From IMG/VR virus record IMGVR_UViG_3300022177_000052, positions 1 to 48,154 of that record: DNA of 48,154 nucleotides. The stretch is one strand, 5' to 3'. Shown in pieces: positions 19,601-28,194 of the stretch. Position 1 is the first letter of the stretch, and each line of letters begins with the position of its first letter. The stretch comes from a virus. Its lineage: Duplodnaviria; Caudoviricetes. A program made the translations under genes and the position numbers. Below the pieces are notes generated by a model. It worked only from the letters and a program-made list of their open reading frames with translations. It was not told where the DNA came from and did no database searches.

Positions 19601-19816
19601 ATGAGCGAACAAAACTTTTTCCTTGCAATTACCCTCTGTCGGAGATACCACACAACCGAGATCGTAATAAACCACACCCCGGCAAACGGTGTCGTGAAAC
19701 TGGACAACAGCATTCTGATAAAAAGATGCTGTGCTTCATTGACTGAGGACCTTATTGAGAATGGGTTCAGCCTTTCAATGACAGAATACGGATTATCAGT
19801 TGATAAATTTAATTAA
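19601..19816 (+). CDS. Hypothetical protein
   Basis: ATG directly after the cassette repeat. Confidence 0.7.
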   Translation: MSEQNFFLAITLCRRYHTTEIVINHTPANGVVKLDNSILIKRCCASLTEDLIENGFSLSMTEYGLSVDKFN

Positions 19817-19878
19817 GACAGCCCGGCCCCGGGGGACCTCCCCGGGACCCTTTTTAATAACCTTAAACAACAGCAACC

Positions 19879-20337
19879 ATGATTACCTACCAAAAGAACC
19901 TCCGTAAATTCAGAATCGTTTCTGAAAAAAGTGAAAATTACATCAAAAGGGCAAAGATAATGAGTCCGACAGATGCAGCGAACTACATATATGACTTTTA
20001 TGAGAATGACATTGAAATATATGAGAGTTTTTTTATCCTGCTGTTAAACAAGGGCAACGGCACAATTGGATATGCTAAAATTAGTCAGGGGGGAGTTGCC
20101 GGGACTGTTGTTGACCCTGTTATTGTAGCAAAATACGCAATTGACAACCTTGCAAAATCTGTGGTTTTGGCCCACAATCATCCTTCGGGGAATCTGGAGC
20201 CGAGTGAAGCAGACAAAAAGGTTACCCGGAAGATCGCTGAAGGCCTGAAATTATTTGATATTATGGTGGTTGATCATTTGATATTGGGACCTGAAAAGGG
20301 TGAATACTATTCGTTTGCCAATGAAGGGAATTTATAA
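19879..20337 (+). CDS. RadC-like JAB/MPN domain protein
   Basis: ESF..LLLN, HNHPSG...PSEAD, DHLIL. Confidence 0.9.
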   Translation: MITYQKNLRKFRIVSEKSENYIKRAKIMSPTDAANYIYDFYENDIEIYESFFILLLNKGNGTIGYAKISQGGVAGTVVDPVIVAKYAIDNLAKSVVLAHNHPSGNLEPSEADKKVTRKIAEGLKLFDIMVVDHLILGPEKGEYYSFANEGNL

Positions 20338-20428
20338 GCCGGTGGCCAGTCCGGGAGCCTGATGGCAATTGTGAGCCGGTCCCGGGGACCTCCCCGGGGC
20401 TGTAAACAAACCTTAACAACAGCAACAA

Positions 20429-20773
20429 ATGAAGCCAGAAACCAAATTTAAAGAGTTTGTCAAGGACCGACTGGAGAGAGATCGGGCGTGGCAGAAAAGG
20501 GCGTTATTGGCCCTCTATGGGTTGCAGACAAAGGAGGAACAAAGCATTCAGGGGACCGTGGAAGTGAATAACCGTGGTTTCTCCGGATTTGATGGAGAAA
20601 TCCTGAGCAGTTTCGCTGTGCAATTGCAATCCCGGAACAGTTTGACTGAAAAGCAGTTCGCCTTACTGTCAAAGAAACTCCCAAAATACTGGAAACAAAT
20701 TATTCAAATTAGTGACATTAATAAACTGGAAAACTATGCAGAGAGAGTTGGAAAAGCAGCAGCAGCAGTCTAA
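20429..20773 (+). CDS. Conserved phage hypothetical protein
   Basis: RALLALY..QT.EEQ...N.RGF...LTEKQ; leader motif upstream. Confidence 0.7.
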   Translation: MKPETKFKEFVKDRLERDRAWQKRALLALYGLQTKEEQSIQGTVEVNNRGFSGFDGEILSSFAVQLQSRNSLTEKQFALLSKKLPKYWKQIIQISDINKLENYAERVGKAAAAV

Positions 20774-21380
20774 TTTCATCAGTGAAAGCAGTTTGCTTAT
20801 AATGATGATTGATGCAACCATGATGCAGTCAACAGCCGTCAAAGGACCGGCCGTAAAACAGCAGATCAAACAGACCTTTGAGCCCTTTTTTAACTTTGGT
20901 CGCCTACTTTCCCGGAGGCTGAAAAAGGTCCTTTCAGAAAAGGGGATTGAGGATGATTATGAGGTTGTTGCCCCCTATGTGTATGAGTGCATGCGTGAAA
21001 TTACCAAAGCAAGCAACAAAATGGAGGCCCTTGCATTGCTGAAATCGTACAATGCCGGAGCCGTCAAAATTGTCAACAATCCGGAGGAGGCCCCGGAGAA
21101 TACCACGGAGAGCAAACCGGTTGTTCGTGTATTGCCGATGCCTGAGAATAAAAACTACATGGCAAATGTGGCAAAATACGGATGCCACTCAGAAACATGC
21201 GCAGTTTGTGGCAAACGGACAGCCGAAAAGCTGTTTGTCCACGCAACAACAGACTGGACAGTTATCAATACAGAACAGGAGGACCTTTCAGAATACGGGT
21301 ACACCAGTCAGGGCCTTTTCCCAATCGGTCCGGAGTGCGCTAAGAAACTCCCCCCGGAATTTATATTCAGGTCAGAGTAA
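20736..21380 (+). CDS. Hypothetical protein with C-terminal Cys-rich domain
   Basis: CAVCGK...IGPECAKK. Confidence 0.6.
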   Translation: MQRELEKQQQQSNFISESSLLIMMIDATMMQSTAVKGPAVKQQIKQTFEPFFNFGRLLSRRLKKVLSEKGIEDDYEVVAPYVYECMREITKASNKMEALALLKSYNAGAVKIVNNPEEAPENTTESKPVVRVLPMPENKNYMANVAKYGCHSETCAVCGKRTAEKLFVHATTDWTVINTEQEDLSEYGYTSQGLFPIGPECAKKLPPEFIFRSE

Positions 21381-21414
21381 CCCGGGGGCTTCGGCCCCCT
21401 TATGTTTACTTAAT

Positions 21415-21511
21415 ATAAATAAGTTGTTTTTTGCAAAATAATTACCGTAACTTGTTGGTAATGAATATTTTGGCATTATCTTTACTGTACAAACTTCAAA
21501 CAACAGAAACA
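21415..21511 (+). repeat. Promoter/leader cassette repeat, copy 2
   Basis: Aligns by eye with copy 1; preceded by a GGGGGC-TTCG-GCCCCC hairpin (21384-21399). Confidence 0.85.
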
Positions 21512-21733
21512 ATGAAAGAAGATTTAAAAAATGACATTGTGGATAATTTCCCCCCGGAGCAATTCAACCGCAAATGCAACAACCTACTGTCCAATGGTTT
21601 TGATGAATACCTGACAGTTTTAGAGGAAGGGGTTACTCACTCCATATTTACGAATACCAACCCAAAGAGTTTTTATAATCGTTGGATAGTAGACATTTAC
21701 TCTGATGGCAGGGTTCAATGTTCAAAACAATAA
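21512..21733 (+). CDS. Hypothetical protein
   Basis: Start taken as the ATG after the repeat (MKEDLKND...). Confidence 0.65.
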   Translation: MKEDLKNDIVDNFPPEQFNRKCNNLLSNGFDEYLTVLEEGVTHSIFTNTNPKSFYNRWIVDIYSDGRVQCSKQ

Positions 21734-21750
21734 CCTTAACAACAGCAACA

Positions 21751-22227
21751 ATGAAAGAGATCAGAAAAATGCACCGCAAATTAAGAAGGAACGAAATCAC
21801 CATTCAAGAGTGGTGGGAGTTTATCAAAACTCAGGACCAGAATGAACTGAGGGAGGTCGTTGATAACAGCATGAAGGCAGAACAGAGGCTCCATGATTAC
21901 AGGAACTCGTTCAGATTCCGGATGAAAATACGGAAATACTGTAACCTCCATTTATACAGCGACATTGAGCCTTGCGAAGTTGTCCGGGTAGTTTCTGAGA
22001 ACTGTGTTGAACTCCGGAGGATGGATTACCGGCAAACTGTTTTCCCCTCGCAGGTCTTTATCGGAGGGTTTTCGGCCCACACTGCCGATAACTACAATCA
22101 GGAGTATGAGTACACCTCAAATCCTGAGAATCCAATTTTCAGGATTCGTTTAGGCAAAAAGGGTTGGGCCAATGGCCGGTATGTCATGAGTGACAGCCCG
22201 ATCAGGTTTTATGATTACAATTTCTAA
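21751..22227 (+). CDS. Hypothetical phage protein
   Basis: ATG after the leader motif at 21740-21749. Confidence 0.7.
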   Translation: MKEIRKMHRKLRRNEITIQEWWEFIKTQDQNELREVVDNSMKAEQRLHDYRNSFRFRMKIRKYCNLHLYSDIEPCEVVRVVSENCVELRRMDYRQTVFPSQVFIGGFSAHTADNYNQEYEYTSNPENPIFRIRLGKKGWANGRYVMSDSPIRFYDYNF

Positions 22228-22283
22228 AAATATCCTCCCCGGGGACCTCCCGGGGATTTTGTTAACCTTAAACAACAGCAACC

Positions 22284-23663
22284 ATGTTTGGAATTGAGTT
22301 TTTCCCCACACCAGAGGGAGTAATTGAACAAATGACAACCGGAATAGCCCTTGATGGCCGTGTTGTACTGGAGCCCTCAGCAGGGGCCGGAAATATTGTT
22401 TCATTCTTAAAGCGAAATGGAGCCCGGGAGGTGCTTGCCTGTGAACTGGACCCCGACCTAAGGCAGATACTTGCCGGGAAATGTAACGTTGTCGAAAACG
22501 ATTTCCTTGAACTTACCAGTGACCGGGTTTCACATATTGATTTGATCATTGCCAACCCTCCGTTTTCCAGTGCTGATAAACATATCCTGCACATGTGGGA
22601 CATTGCCCCGGCAGGGTGCGAAATCGTTTCCTTATGCAATGCAGAAACGGTCCGGAACCCATATTCAGCCTCCCGGAAACAGTTGGCTACCTTGATCAAT
22701 CAGCATGGAGCCAGTTTTGAATTGGGGGACTGTTTCCGGAGTGCGGCCCGGGACACCAATATCAATGTTTCAATGATCAGACTTTCCAAACCGGCCAGTG
22801 AGGATTCCGGGGAGTTTGAGGGTTTTTTTCTGGAGGATGATCAACCAGAACAACAGGCAAACGCCCTGATGCCTTACAATTTTGTCCGGGATTTGGTCAA
22901 CAGGTACGTTGCAGCAGTGAAACTATTTGACAAGCAATTGGACCTTGCCGTGGAAATGAACAAGTTGACAGGGCCCTTTTATTCAAGTAAAATAGCTTTT
23001 ACATGCACTCAGGAGAAAAGGCCAGTTGTCCGGAATGACTACAAAAAGGACCTCCAAAAAGAGGCGTGGAGTTATGTTTTCAAAAAGATGAACCTTCAGA
23101 AATATTCAACAAAGGGCCTCCGGGAGGACATAAACAAGTTTGTTGAGCAACAGCAGGAAATTCCTTTTACCATGCGGAACATTTACCGGATGGTTGAGAT
23201 TGTTATTGGAACCACTGGTCAAAGGATGGATAAGGCCCTGATGGAGGTATTTGACAAACTGACAAAGCACTATTCAGAAAACCGGTATGGAGTGGAGGGA
23301 TGGAAAACCAACAGCCAGTATTTGCTGAATGAGAAATTCATTATGCCTTGGATGGTTGAAATTGGTTGGTCCGGTCAAATGAGTTTGGCTTACCGGGGAA
23401 ATTATGAGATCATTGAGGACCTACAAAAGGCACTGTGCTACATAACCGGGACAAATTACGACACATGTACAAGGCTATGGGATTTCATTCACAATGAAAA
23501 ACTGAGGTTCGGGGAGTTGTACCAGTGGGGGTTCTTTGAATTTCGGGGCTACAAAAAAGGGACTGTACATTTCAAATTTCGGAGCCGTGACGTTTGGGCT
23601 GCATACAACCAGAATATTGCCCGGATTTTGGGGTATAACTTACCAGAGAACCTGAGGAAATGA
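22284..23663 (+). CDS. SAM-dependent amino-methyltransferase (N6-adenine type) with DUF4942-like C-terminus
   Basis: FFPTP, VLEPSAGAG, IIANPPF; C-terminal YKKGTVHFKF. Confidence 0.85.
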   Translation: MFGIEFFPTPEGVIEQMTTGIALDGRVVLEPSAGAGNIVSFLKRNGAREVLACELDPDLRQILAGKCNVVENDFLELTSDRVSHIDLIIANPPFSSADKHILHMWDIAPAGCEIVSLCNAETVRNPYSASRKQLATLINQHGASFELGDCFRSAARDTNINVSMIRLSKPASEDSGEFEGFFLEDDQPEQQANALMPYNFVRDLVNRYVAAVKLFDKQLDLAVEMNKLTGPFYSSKIAFTCTQEKRPVVRNDYKKDLQKEAWSYVFKKMNLQKYSTKGLREDINKFVEQQQEIPFTMRNIYRMVEIVIGTTGQRMDKALMEVFDKLTKHYSENRYGVEGWKTNSQYLLNEKFIMPWMVEIGWSGQMSLAYRGNYEIIEDLQKALCYITGTNYDTCTRLWDFIHNEKLRFGELYQWGFFEFRGYKKGTVHFKFRSRDVWAAYNQNIARILGYNLPENLRK

Positions 23664-23890
23664 GAGGTAGAATAAGGACATTTCTGGTCTTGGAGGATGG
23701 ATTTCAGACAACAGTGGTTGTTGGCAATGAAATCCTCCGGAACCAGATCAAAAGTTGGCCGGAAACAAAAAGGATTGAAAACCATGTGAGGGTTGACCAG
23801 TTTATCCCGGATTGGGCTATTGAACTCCCGGCCACTGACATTGTAAGCAAGCACGTAAAAAAAGGACTTAAATTGATAATGGAGTTATGA
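23660..23890 (+). CDS. Hypothetical protein
   Basis: ATGA-coupled ORF. Confidence 0.55.
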   Translation: MRGRIRTFLVLEDGFQTTVVVGNEILRNQIKSWPETKRIENHVRVDQFIPDWAIELPATDIVSKHVKKGLKLIMEL

Positions 23891-24108
23891 AAGCAACAAT
23901 CTATCACCTGTTTGACAAAAAGAGTTTGAAACACCACTATTTTGGTTCAATCGTGGCAATATTCACGGTATTTGCCCCGGAGGATATCCAGACCACAAAA
24001 AGGGCCCTGTACAAGTTTGATTTTGATTCCGGGGATTTCCGGAATGATCACGTAGAAATATTCAAGGGGGAGGTTGTAAGGAGTAAGCATTCAGAATCCG
24101 GCAAATGA
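23887..24108 (+). CDS. Hypothetical protein
   Basis: ATGA-coupled ORF. Confidence 0.6.
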   Translation: MKATIYHLFDKKSLKHHYFGSIVAIFTVFAPEDIQTTKRALYKFDFDSGDFRNDHVEIFKGEVVRSKHSESGK

Positions 24109-24138
24109 TCAAAGGGGCTGTTTAGGTAGAACTACTAC

Positions 24139-24234
24139 AAATAAGTTGTTATACTAAAAATAATTACTGTATATTGTTGGTAATCAATTATTTAGTATTA
24201 CATTTACAGTATGAACCTAAACACAACAGCAGCC
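24139..24234 (+). repeat. Promoter/leader cassette repeat, copy 3
   Basis: AAATAAGTTG...TTGTTGGTAATCAATTATTTAGTATTACATTTACAGT...CAACAGCAGCC-ATG. Confidence 0.8.
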
Positions 24235-24645
24235 ATGACAAAAGCCAAAGAAATTGCAGCCCTTGAAAACCTGTTAGCCATTGCCAAAACCGGGGATTCC
24301 TACATAGGAGAGTTTTTCACTGAGGACCGTATAAACCAGATGATTAACAATATCCGGGATGATTTCCCGATTGACATGCACGTTGATCTGGTTGAAGCCA
24401 AACATTATGAGGCACAAACAAGCCGCTTTACAGCAGACATAAACGAGTTGACCGGTCAGATTCAGGCCATGAAGGAGGCCCACGAACTGAAGCTAAGGGA
24501 AATCCTTGACAATATTTGTGAGAGTGGTAATTGGGCTGTGGCCTATGCAAATTTCAGCCAGAGCGAAGTAATTAAACATAAGCTGTACCGGGCTCCGGAG
24601 GAACTGACATTACATGAACGCCAGTTGTTGGCCTCAATGATCTAA
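24235..24645 (+). CDS. Hypothetical protein
   Basis: ATG after the repeat (MTKAKEI...). Confidence 0.7.
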   Translation: MTKAKEIAALENLLAIAKTGDSYIGEFFTEDRINQMINNIRDDFPIDMHVDLVEAKHYEAQTSRFTADINELTGQIQAMKEAHELKLREILDNICESGNWAVAYANFSQSEVIKHKLYRAPEELTLHERQLLASMI

Positions 24646-24691
24646 CAAGCCGGCCCCGGGGGAAATCCTCCGGGGCTTTTGTTTACTGAAT

Positions 24692-24788
24692 ATAAATAAG
24701 TTCATTTTTCAAAAATAATTACTTTATCTTGTTGGTATTCAGTTATTTAGTATTATATTTACTGTACAAACTTCAAACAACAGCAACA
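24692..24788 (+). repeat. Promoter/leader cassette repeat, copy 4
   Basis: Aligns with copy 1; preceded by a hairpin and T run (24653-24680). Confidence 0.85.
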
Positions 24789-25013
24789 ATGGAATTTATT
24801 TCAACAAATTACGAGTTCGCCCACGGCAGGAAGCCAAAGGGATACGGCCGTTGGATTTTCAAAATTACCGGTACTGATAATGAAGGCAGTTATTTGACCG
24901 AACAGGTTGAGGCAACCGGGAAACTGGCAGAGGCCCGGAGGATGGCCGTCAGGGAGTTCAAGGCAAGCAGCAACAGAATTAAAAGAATTGTAAGGGTTGA
25001 AGTTGAACCTTAA
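24789..25013 (+). CDS. Hypothetical phage protein
   Basis: YEFAHGRKPKGYGRW.F motif; ATG after the repeat. Confidence 0.7.
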   Translation: MEFISTNYEFAHGRKPKGYGRWIFKITGTDNEGSYLTEQVEATGKLAEARRMAVREFKASSNRIKRIVRVEVEP

Positions 25014-25067
25014 ATCAAGGGCCGGGGCCTCCCGGCTAATTTACTAACCTCAAACAACAGCAACAGT

Positions 25068-25430
25068 ATGAGCGCAAAAGCAAAAATTATCGAGATCAGG
25101 AAACGGTTGGCAGAAATGTCACCGGAGCAAAGGGCCGAAATGATTGCCCGGGCCGGCAGCATTGTAACGGTTGAAGGCCGGGCGTTATCCTCCCGGAACA
25201 CGGAGTTAATTGCCAACCAGATGGATGGAGTTACCATTGTCGGAGGATTTCAGCAATGGAAAAGGGCCGGCAGGATGGTCCGGAAAGGGGAAAAGGGGTT
25301 GGCAATATGGGTGCCGGCAATGCAAAAGGGCAAAGAAGGAGAGGACCCGAACCCGGAGGATGATATGTATTTCTTTGGGGCGTCTGTTTTCGACATTACC
25401 CAAACGGAGCCCTTGGAAATGGAAGGGTAA
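25068..25430 (+). CDS. ArdC-like N-terminal ssDNA-binding domain protein
   Basis: S.RN..LI..Q, GFQQWKRAGRMVRKGEKGLAIWVP, VFDITQT. Confidence 0.8.
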   Translation: MSAKAKIIEIRKRLAEMSPEQRAEMIARAGSIVTVEGRALSSRNTELIANQMDGVTIVGGFQQWKRAGRMVRKGEKGLAIWVPAMQKGKEGEDPNPEDDMYFFGASVFDITQTEPLEMEG

Positions 25431-25488
25431 CAAAATCAGACCAGTAAGAAGCCGGGGACCCCTCCGGCTTTTCTTATGTTTACCAGTT

Positions 25489-25584
25489 ATAAATAAGTTG
25501 TCTTTTTGAAAATATTTACCGTAACTTGTTGGTGCTGAGGCTTTTAGTATTATATTTACTGTACAAACCTTAACAACAGCAACA
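25489..25584 (+). repeat. Promoter/leader cassette repeat, copy 5
   Basis: Aligns with copies 1 and 2; preceded by a hairpin (25450-25468) and T run. Confidence 0.85.
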
Positions 25585-25755
25585 ATGAAACTTTCAAACT
25601 GGATTGTAACGGAAATTCAAAAAGGGAATATTGATTTAGAGGACCTGTCCCGGAGTGAACTCAGGTCATACCGGAGGATTCAAAGGAGGGCCAACAGGAC
25701 CAACGCCCGGGGACCACTTCAGGCCCTTTTAACATTAATTCTGTTAACCTTTTAA
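25585..25755 (+). CDS. Small hypothetical protein (56 aa, hydrophobic C-terminus)
   Basis: Hand-read ORF MKLSNWIVTEIQKG... directly after the repeat; below the ORF-track cutoff. Confidence 0.6.
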   Translation: MKLSNWIVTEIQKGNIDLEDLSRSELRSYRRIQRRANRTNARGPLQALLTLILLTF

Positions 25756-25765
25756 TATTGCAGCC

Positions 25766-26101
25766 ATGAGAGTAAAAATTATCAGCAAACTGTACGGCAG
25801 TCAGATCATTAACACTGAAAATTATTGCCCTTTCAAGGCCTCAAAAGACAGCACGTTGTTTAAGATTGTTGAGCACCTTTTCAGGGAGTGGTACAAACAC
25901 AATACACAGCCCGGGGCCCCGATGGGTGACTATATCAAGGAGGCGTATTATGGAGGTTGGGAGCAGGAACCGCTTTATTCTGTTTCAGGTGCCATTAGAC
26001 AGGGGATTGAGGCAGTCATTGAGGAAATCAAGGAATCCCGGAAATCGGTAGTTACAACAAAGGATATTCAGAGGATGGACGTTGAATGTGCATTCCAATA
26101 A
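25766..26101 (+). CDS. Hypothetical protein
   Basis: ORF track. Confidence 0.6.
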   Translation: MRVKIISKLYGSQIINTENYCPFKASKDSTLFKIVEHLFREWYKHNTQPGAPMGDYIKEAYYGGWEQEPLYSVSGAIRQGIEAVIEEIKESRKSVVTTKDIQRMDVECAFQ

Positions 26102-26161
26102 AATAACCCGGGGCCCGGGGATATTCCCGGGCTCCATTGTCAAACCTTAACAACAGCAACA

Positions 26162-26572
26162 ATGAGAACAATTAACAAACGTGCCGCAGTCGTTTTCAAT
26201 TCAATGATCAAAAGACTGGACCAGAAAAGCAGCATAAAAATAGACAACAGCCGGGGTGCATTCATGCCGGTACACCTTGAAAAGATTGAAACTGATGTTA
26301 ACCTTGCCGGGAGGCCGGTTGATATTTACAGCCTGTCACACTACTACGAACAGAACGGTGATTTAATCCCGGACCCGGACATGACTTTTGCAGTTTCTAA
26401 GGTTGATTCAGCATACATTTGGCCCCTGACTATCCAGAACCAATTTGGTTATAAAAGAGGTATTTACAGGGCTGAAAATGGTGCATGGAAAATCAATGCC
26501 AGTGAACAAGCAGATCAGGCTGTTTTCGCAGGAATGTGGTTGAAAAATATAAAGCAGCAACAAGATTTATAA
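26162..26572 (+). CDS. DUF6908-like protein
   Basis: FMPVHLE, SLSHYYEQNGDLIPDPDM, WLKNIKQQ. Confidence 0.7.
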   Translation: MRTINKRAAVVFNSMIKRLDQKSSIKIDNSRGAFMPVHLEKIETDVNLAGRPVDIYSLSHYYEQNGDLIPDPDMTFAVSKVDSAYIWPLTIQNQFGYKRGIYRAENGAWKINASEQADQAVFAGMWLKNIKQQQDL

Positions 26573-26645
26573 AATTATTTTTCTAAACCGGCATTTATTA
26601 ATTATATTTGTGTAGATTTGCAGGAAATCCAATAATTTTTGCAAT

Positions 26646-26927
26646 ATGGTCGAATATAATTGGAATGCACTAATTAAGAGACTTTTAAAGTCAGAATTAG
26701 TGAAGCGTGGCATAACCTATGAAGAGTTGGCAAACCGACTTCAAGCAATTGGAGCGCAAGAAACTAAAGCTAGTGTGGAGAGTAAAATATATCGTGGTAC
26801 TTTTAGTGCGGTATTTTTACTTCAATGTCTTACCGTTATTGGGTGTAAGAATTTTATATCGGAGATTGACACAGTAAATTTCGAGGCCACTAAACCTGAA
26901 AACTTGAACAATAAATCAAATAATTAA
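26646..26927 (+). CDS. DUF6471-like HTH regulator (putative R-M controller)
   Basis: LLKSELVKRGITYEELA..L...G..ET..S...KI.RGTFSAVFLLQCL; upstream of the MTase; TATATTTG at 26603-26610. Confidence 0.75.
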   Translation: MVEYNWNALIKRLLKSELVKRGITYEELANRLQAIGAQETKASVESKIYRGTFSAVFLLQCLTVIGCKNFISEIDTVNFEATKPENLNNKSNN

Positions 26928-26931
26928 TAAA

Positions 26932-28194
26932 ATGCTTTTCTCCAACAAAAAGTCAGGAACAAAATACATTGACATTACGGATTCACAAACTGAACCTAAT
27001 GAAATTCAACTTTCTGTAATTAGCTTATTTACTGGTGCTGGAGGGTTGGATATTGGACTTGAAGAAAGTGGATTCAATACAGCAGCCTGTGTTGAATATG
27101 ACCCCGATTGTCGAGAAACACTCAGGTTTAATCGGCCAGATTGGAAATTATTTGAAGAAAGTTCAAAAAAGGTGAAAGGAAAAATAAAACCGCGAATTCC
27201 TGGTGACATTCGTGATATAGGAACAACTGAACTTTTAAAGTTTTCCGGGCTATCAAAGGGACAAGTTGCTTTGGTAGTAGGAGGAGCGCCGTGCCAACCT
27301 TTTAGCAATATTGGTAAGAAGCTTGGGAAAAATGACAAGAAAAATGGTGACTTATTTCTTGAATTTGTGAGGATGGTGAAAGGTATTAGTCCCACAGCAT
27401 TTATCTTTGAAAATGTAGTTGGTATAACTCAGAAAAAACACGCTGATGTAATAAATTATATTCTTGATAAGTTTCATGGTCTTGGGTATGGTTTATCATA
27501 TACTATTTTAAATTCAGCAAATTATGGAGTTCCACAAAGAAGAGAAAGGTTTTTTATTATTGGTATTAAAGGAATTGAAAATCCCGCTTTCCCTTTGCCT
27601 ACTCATTTTAAGGATGAAAAGGCATTTGATTCTTTCGTAAAAGACTTGGATTGCTTGCCTAATCAATCATATAAGAAATGGGTTTCTGTAAATGATGCAT
27701 TTAAAAAAATACCAAAAGATCATACAAAAAGAATAGATTTTGCTGTAATGAATATCTCAGATATCGTTGCCAATAGAATGACTTATGTTAAGCAAGGAGA
27801 AAATTTCAAGGTTTTACCAATGGATATCAGGCCTGATTGTTGGAAATCAGGAAAACATCAAGGGAATGATACATTCGGTAGGATGATTGCAGATATTCCT
27901 TCGTGTACAATCAGAACGGCAGCATATAATCCTGCCAAAGGTCAATATATTCACCCATTTGAAAATCGAGGGTTGAGTACAATCGAAATGGCTTCATTAC
28001 AATCATTTCCCACGAGTTGGTATTTTCGTAGAAAGGGAGGTGAAAAAATTACACTTGTAAGCGGTGGTCGACAAATAGGGAATGCCGTTCCTCCTCAGTT
28101 AGCTAAAGCATTAGGTACTGCTATTAAAAAACAGATTTTATCTACCTTGAAAAAATCTGAGAAAAAACTAGTTCCGCTTGAGTTAGAGAGTTGA
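26932..28194 (+). CDS. C5-cytosine DNA methyltransferase of a type II R-M system
   Basis: FTGAGG, GGAPCQPFS, FENV, YGVPQRRER, QIGNAVPP. Confidence 0.95.
   Translation: MLFSNKKSGTKYIDITDSQTEPNEIQLSVISLFTGAGGLDIGLEESGFNTAACVEYDPDCRETLRFNRPDWKLFEESSKKVKGKIKPRIPGDIRDIGTTELLKFSGLSKGQVALVVGGAPCQPFSNIGKKLGKNDKKNGDLFLEFVRMVKGISPTAFIFENVVGITQKKHADVINYILDKFHGLGYGLSYTILNSANYGVPQRRERFFIIGIKGIENPAFPLPTHFKDEKAFDSFVKDLDCLPNQSYKKWVSVNDAFKKIPKDHTKRIDFAVMNISDIVANRMTYVKQGENFKVLPMDIRPDCWKSGKHQGNDTFGRMIADIPSCTIRTAAYNPAKGQYIHPFENRGLSTIEMASLQSFPTSWYFRRKGGEKITLVSGGRQIGNAVPPQLAKALGTAIKKQILSTLKKSEKKLVPLELES

Noticed and set aside
21431-24788. N-terminal extensions of ORFs 21431, 21718, 24211 and 24729 (e.g. LLYKLQTT.TM)
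   Set aside because: They are translations of the repeated promoter/leader DNA; the starts more likely follow the leader motif.
19505-26161. Repeats in the accessory island read as a CRISPR array or integron attC cassette array
   Set aside because: The repeats are separated by whole genes of variable length, there are no cas genes, no attC-like GTTRRRY/RYYYAAC ends were seen, and no integron integrase is present.
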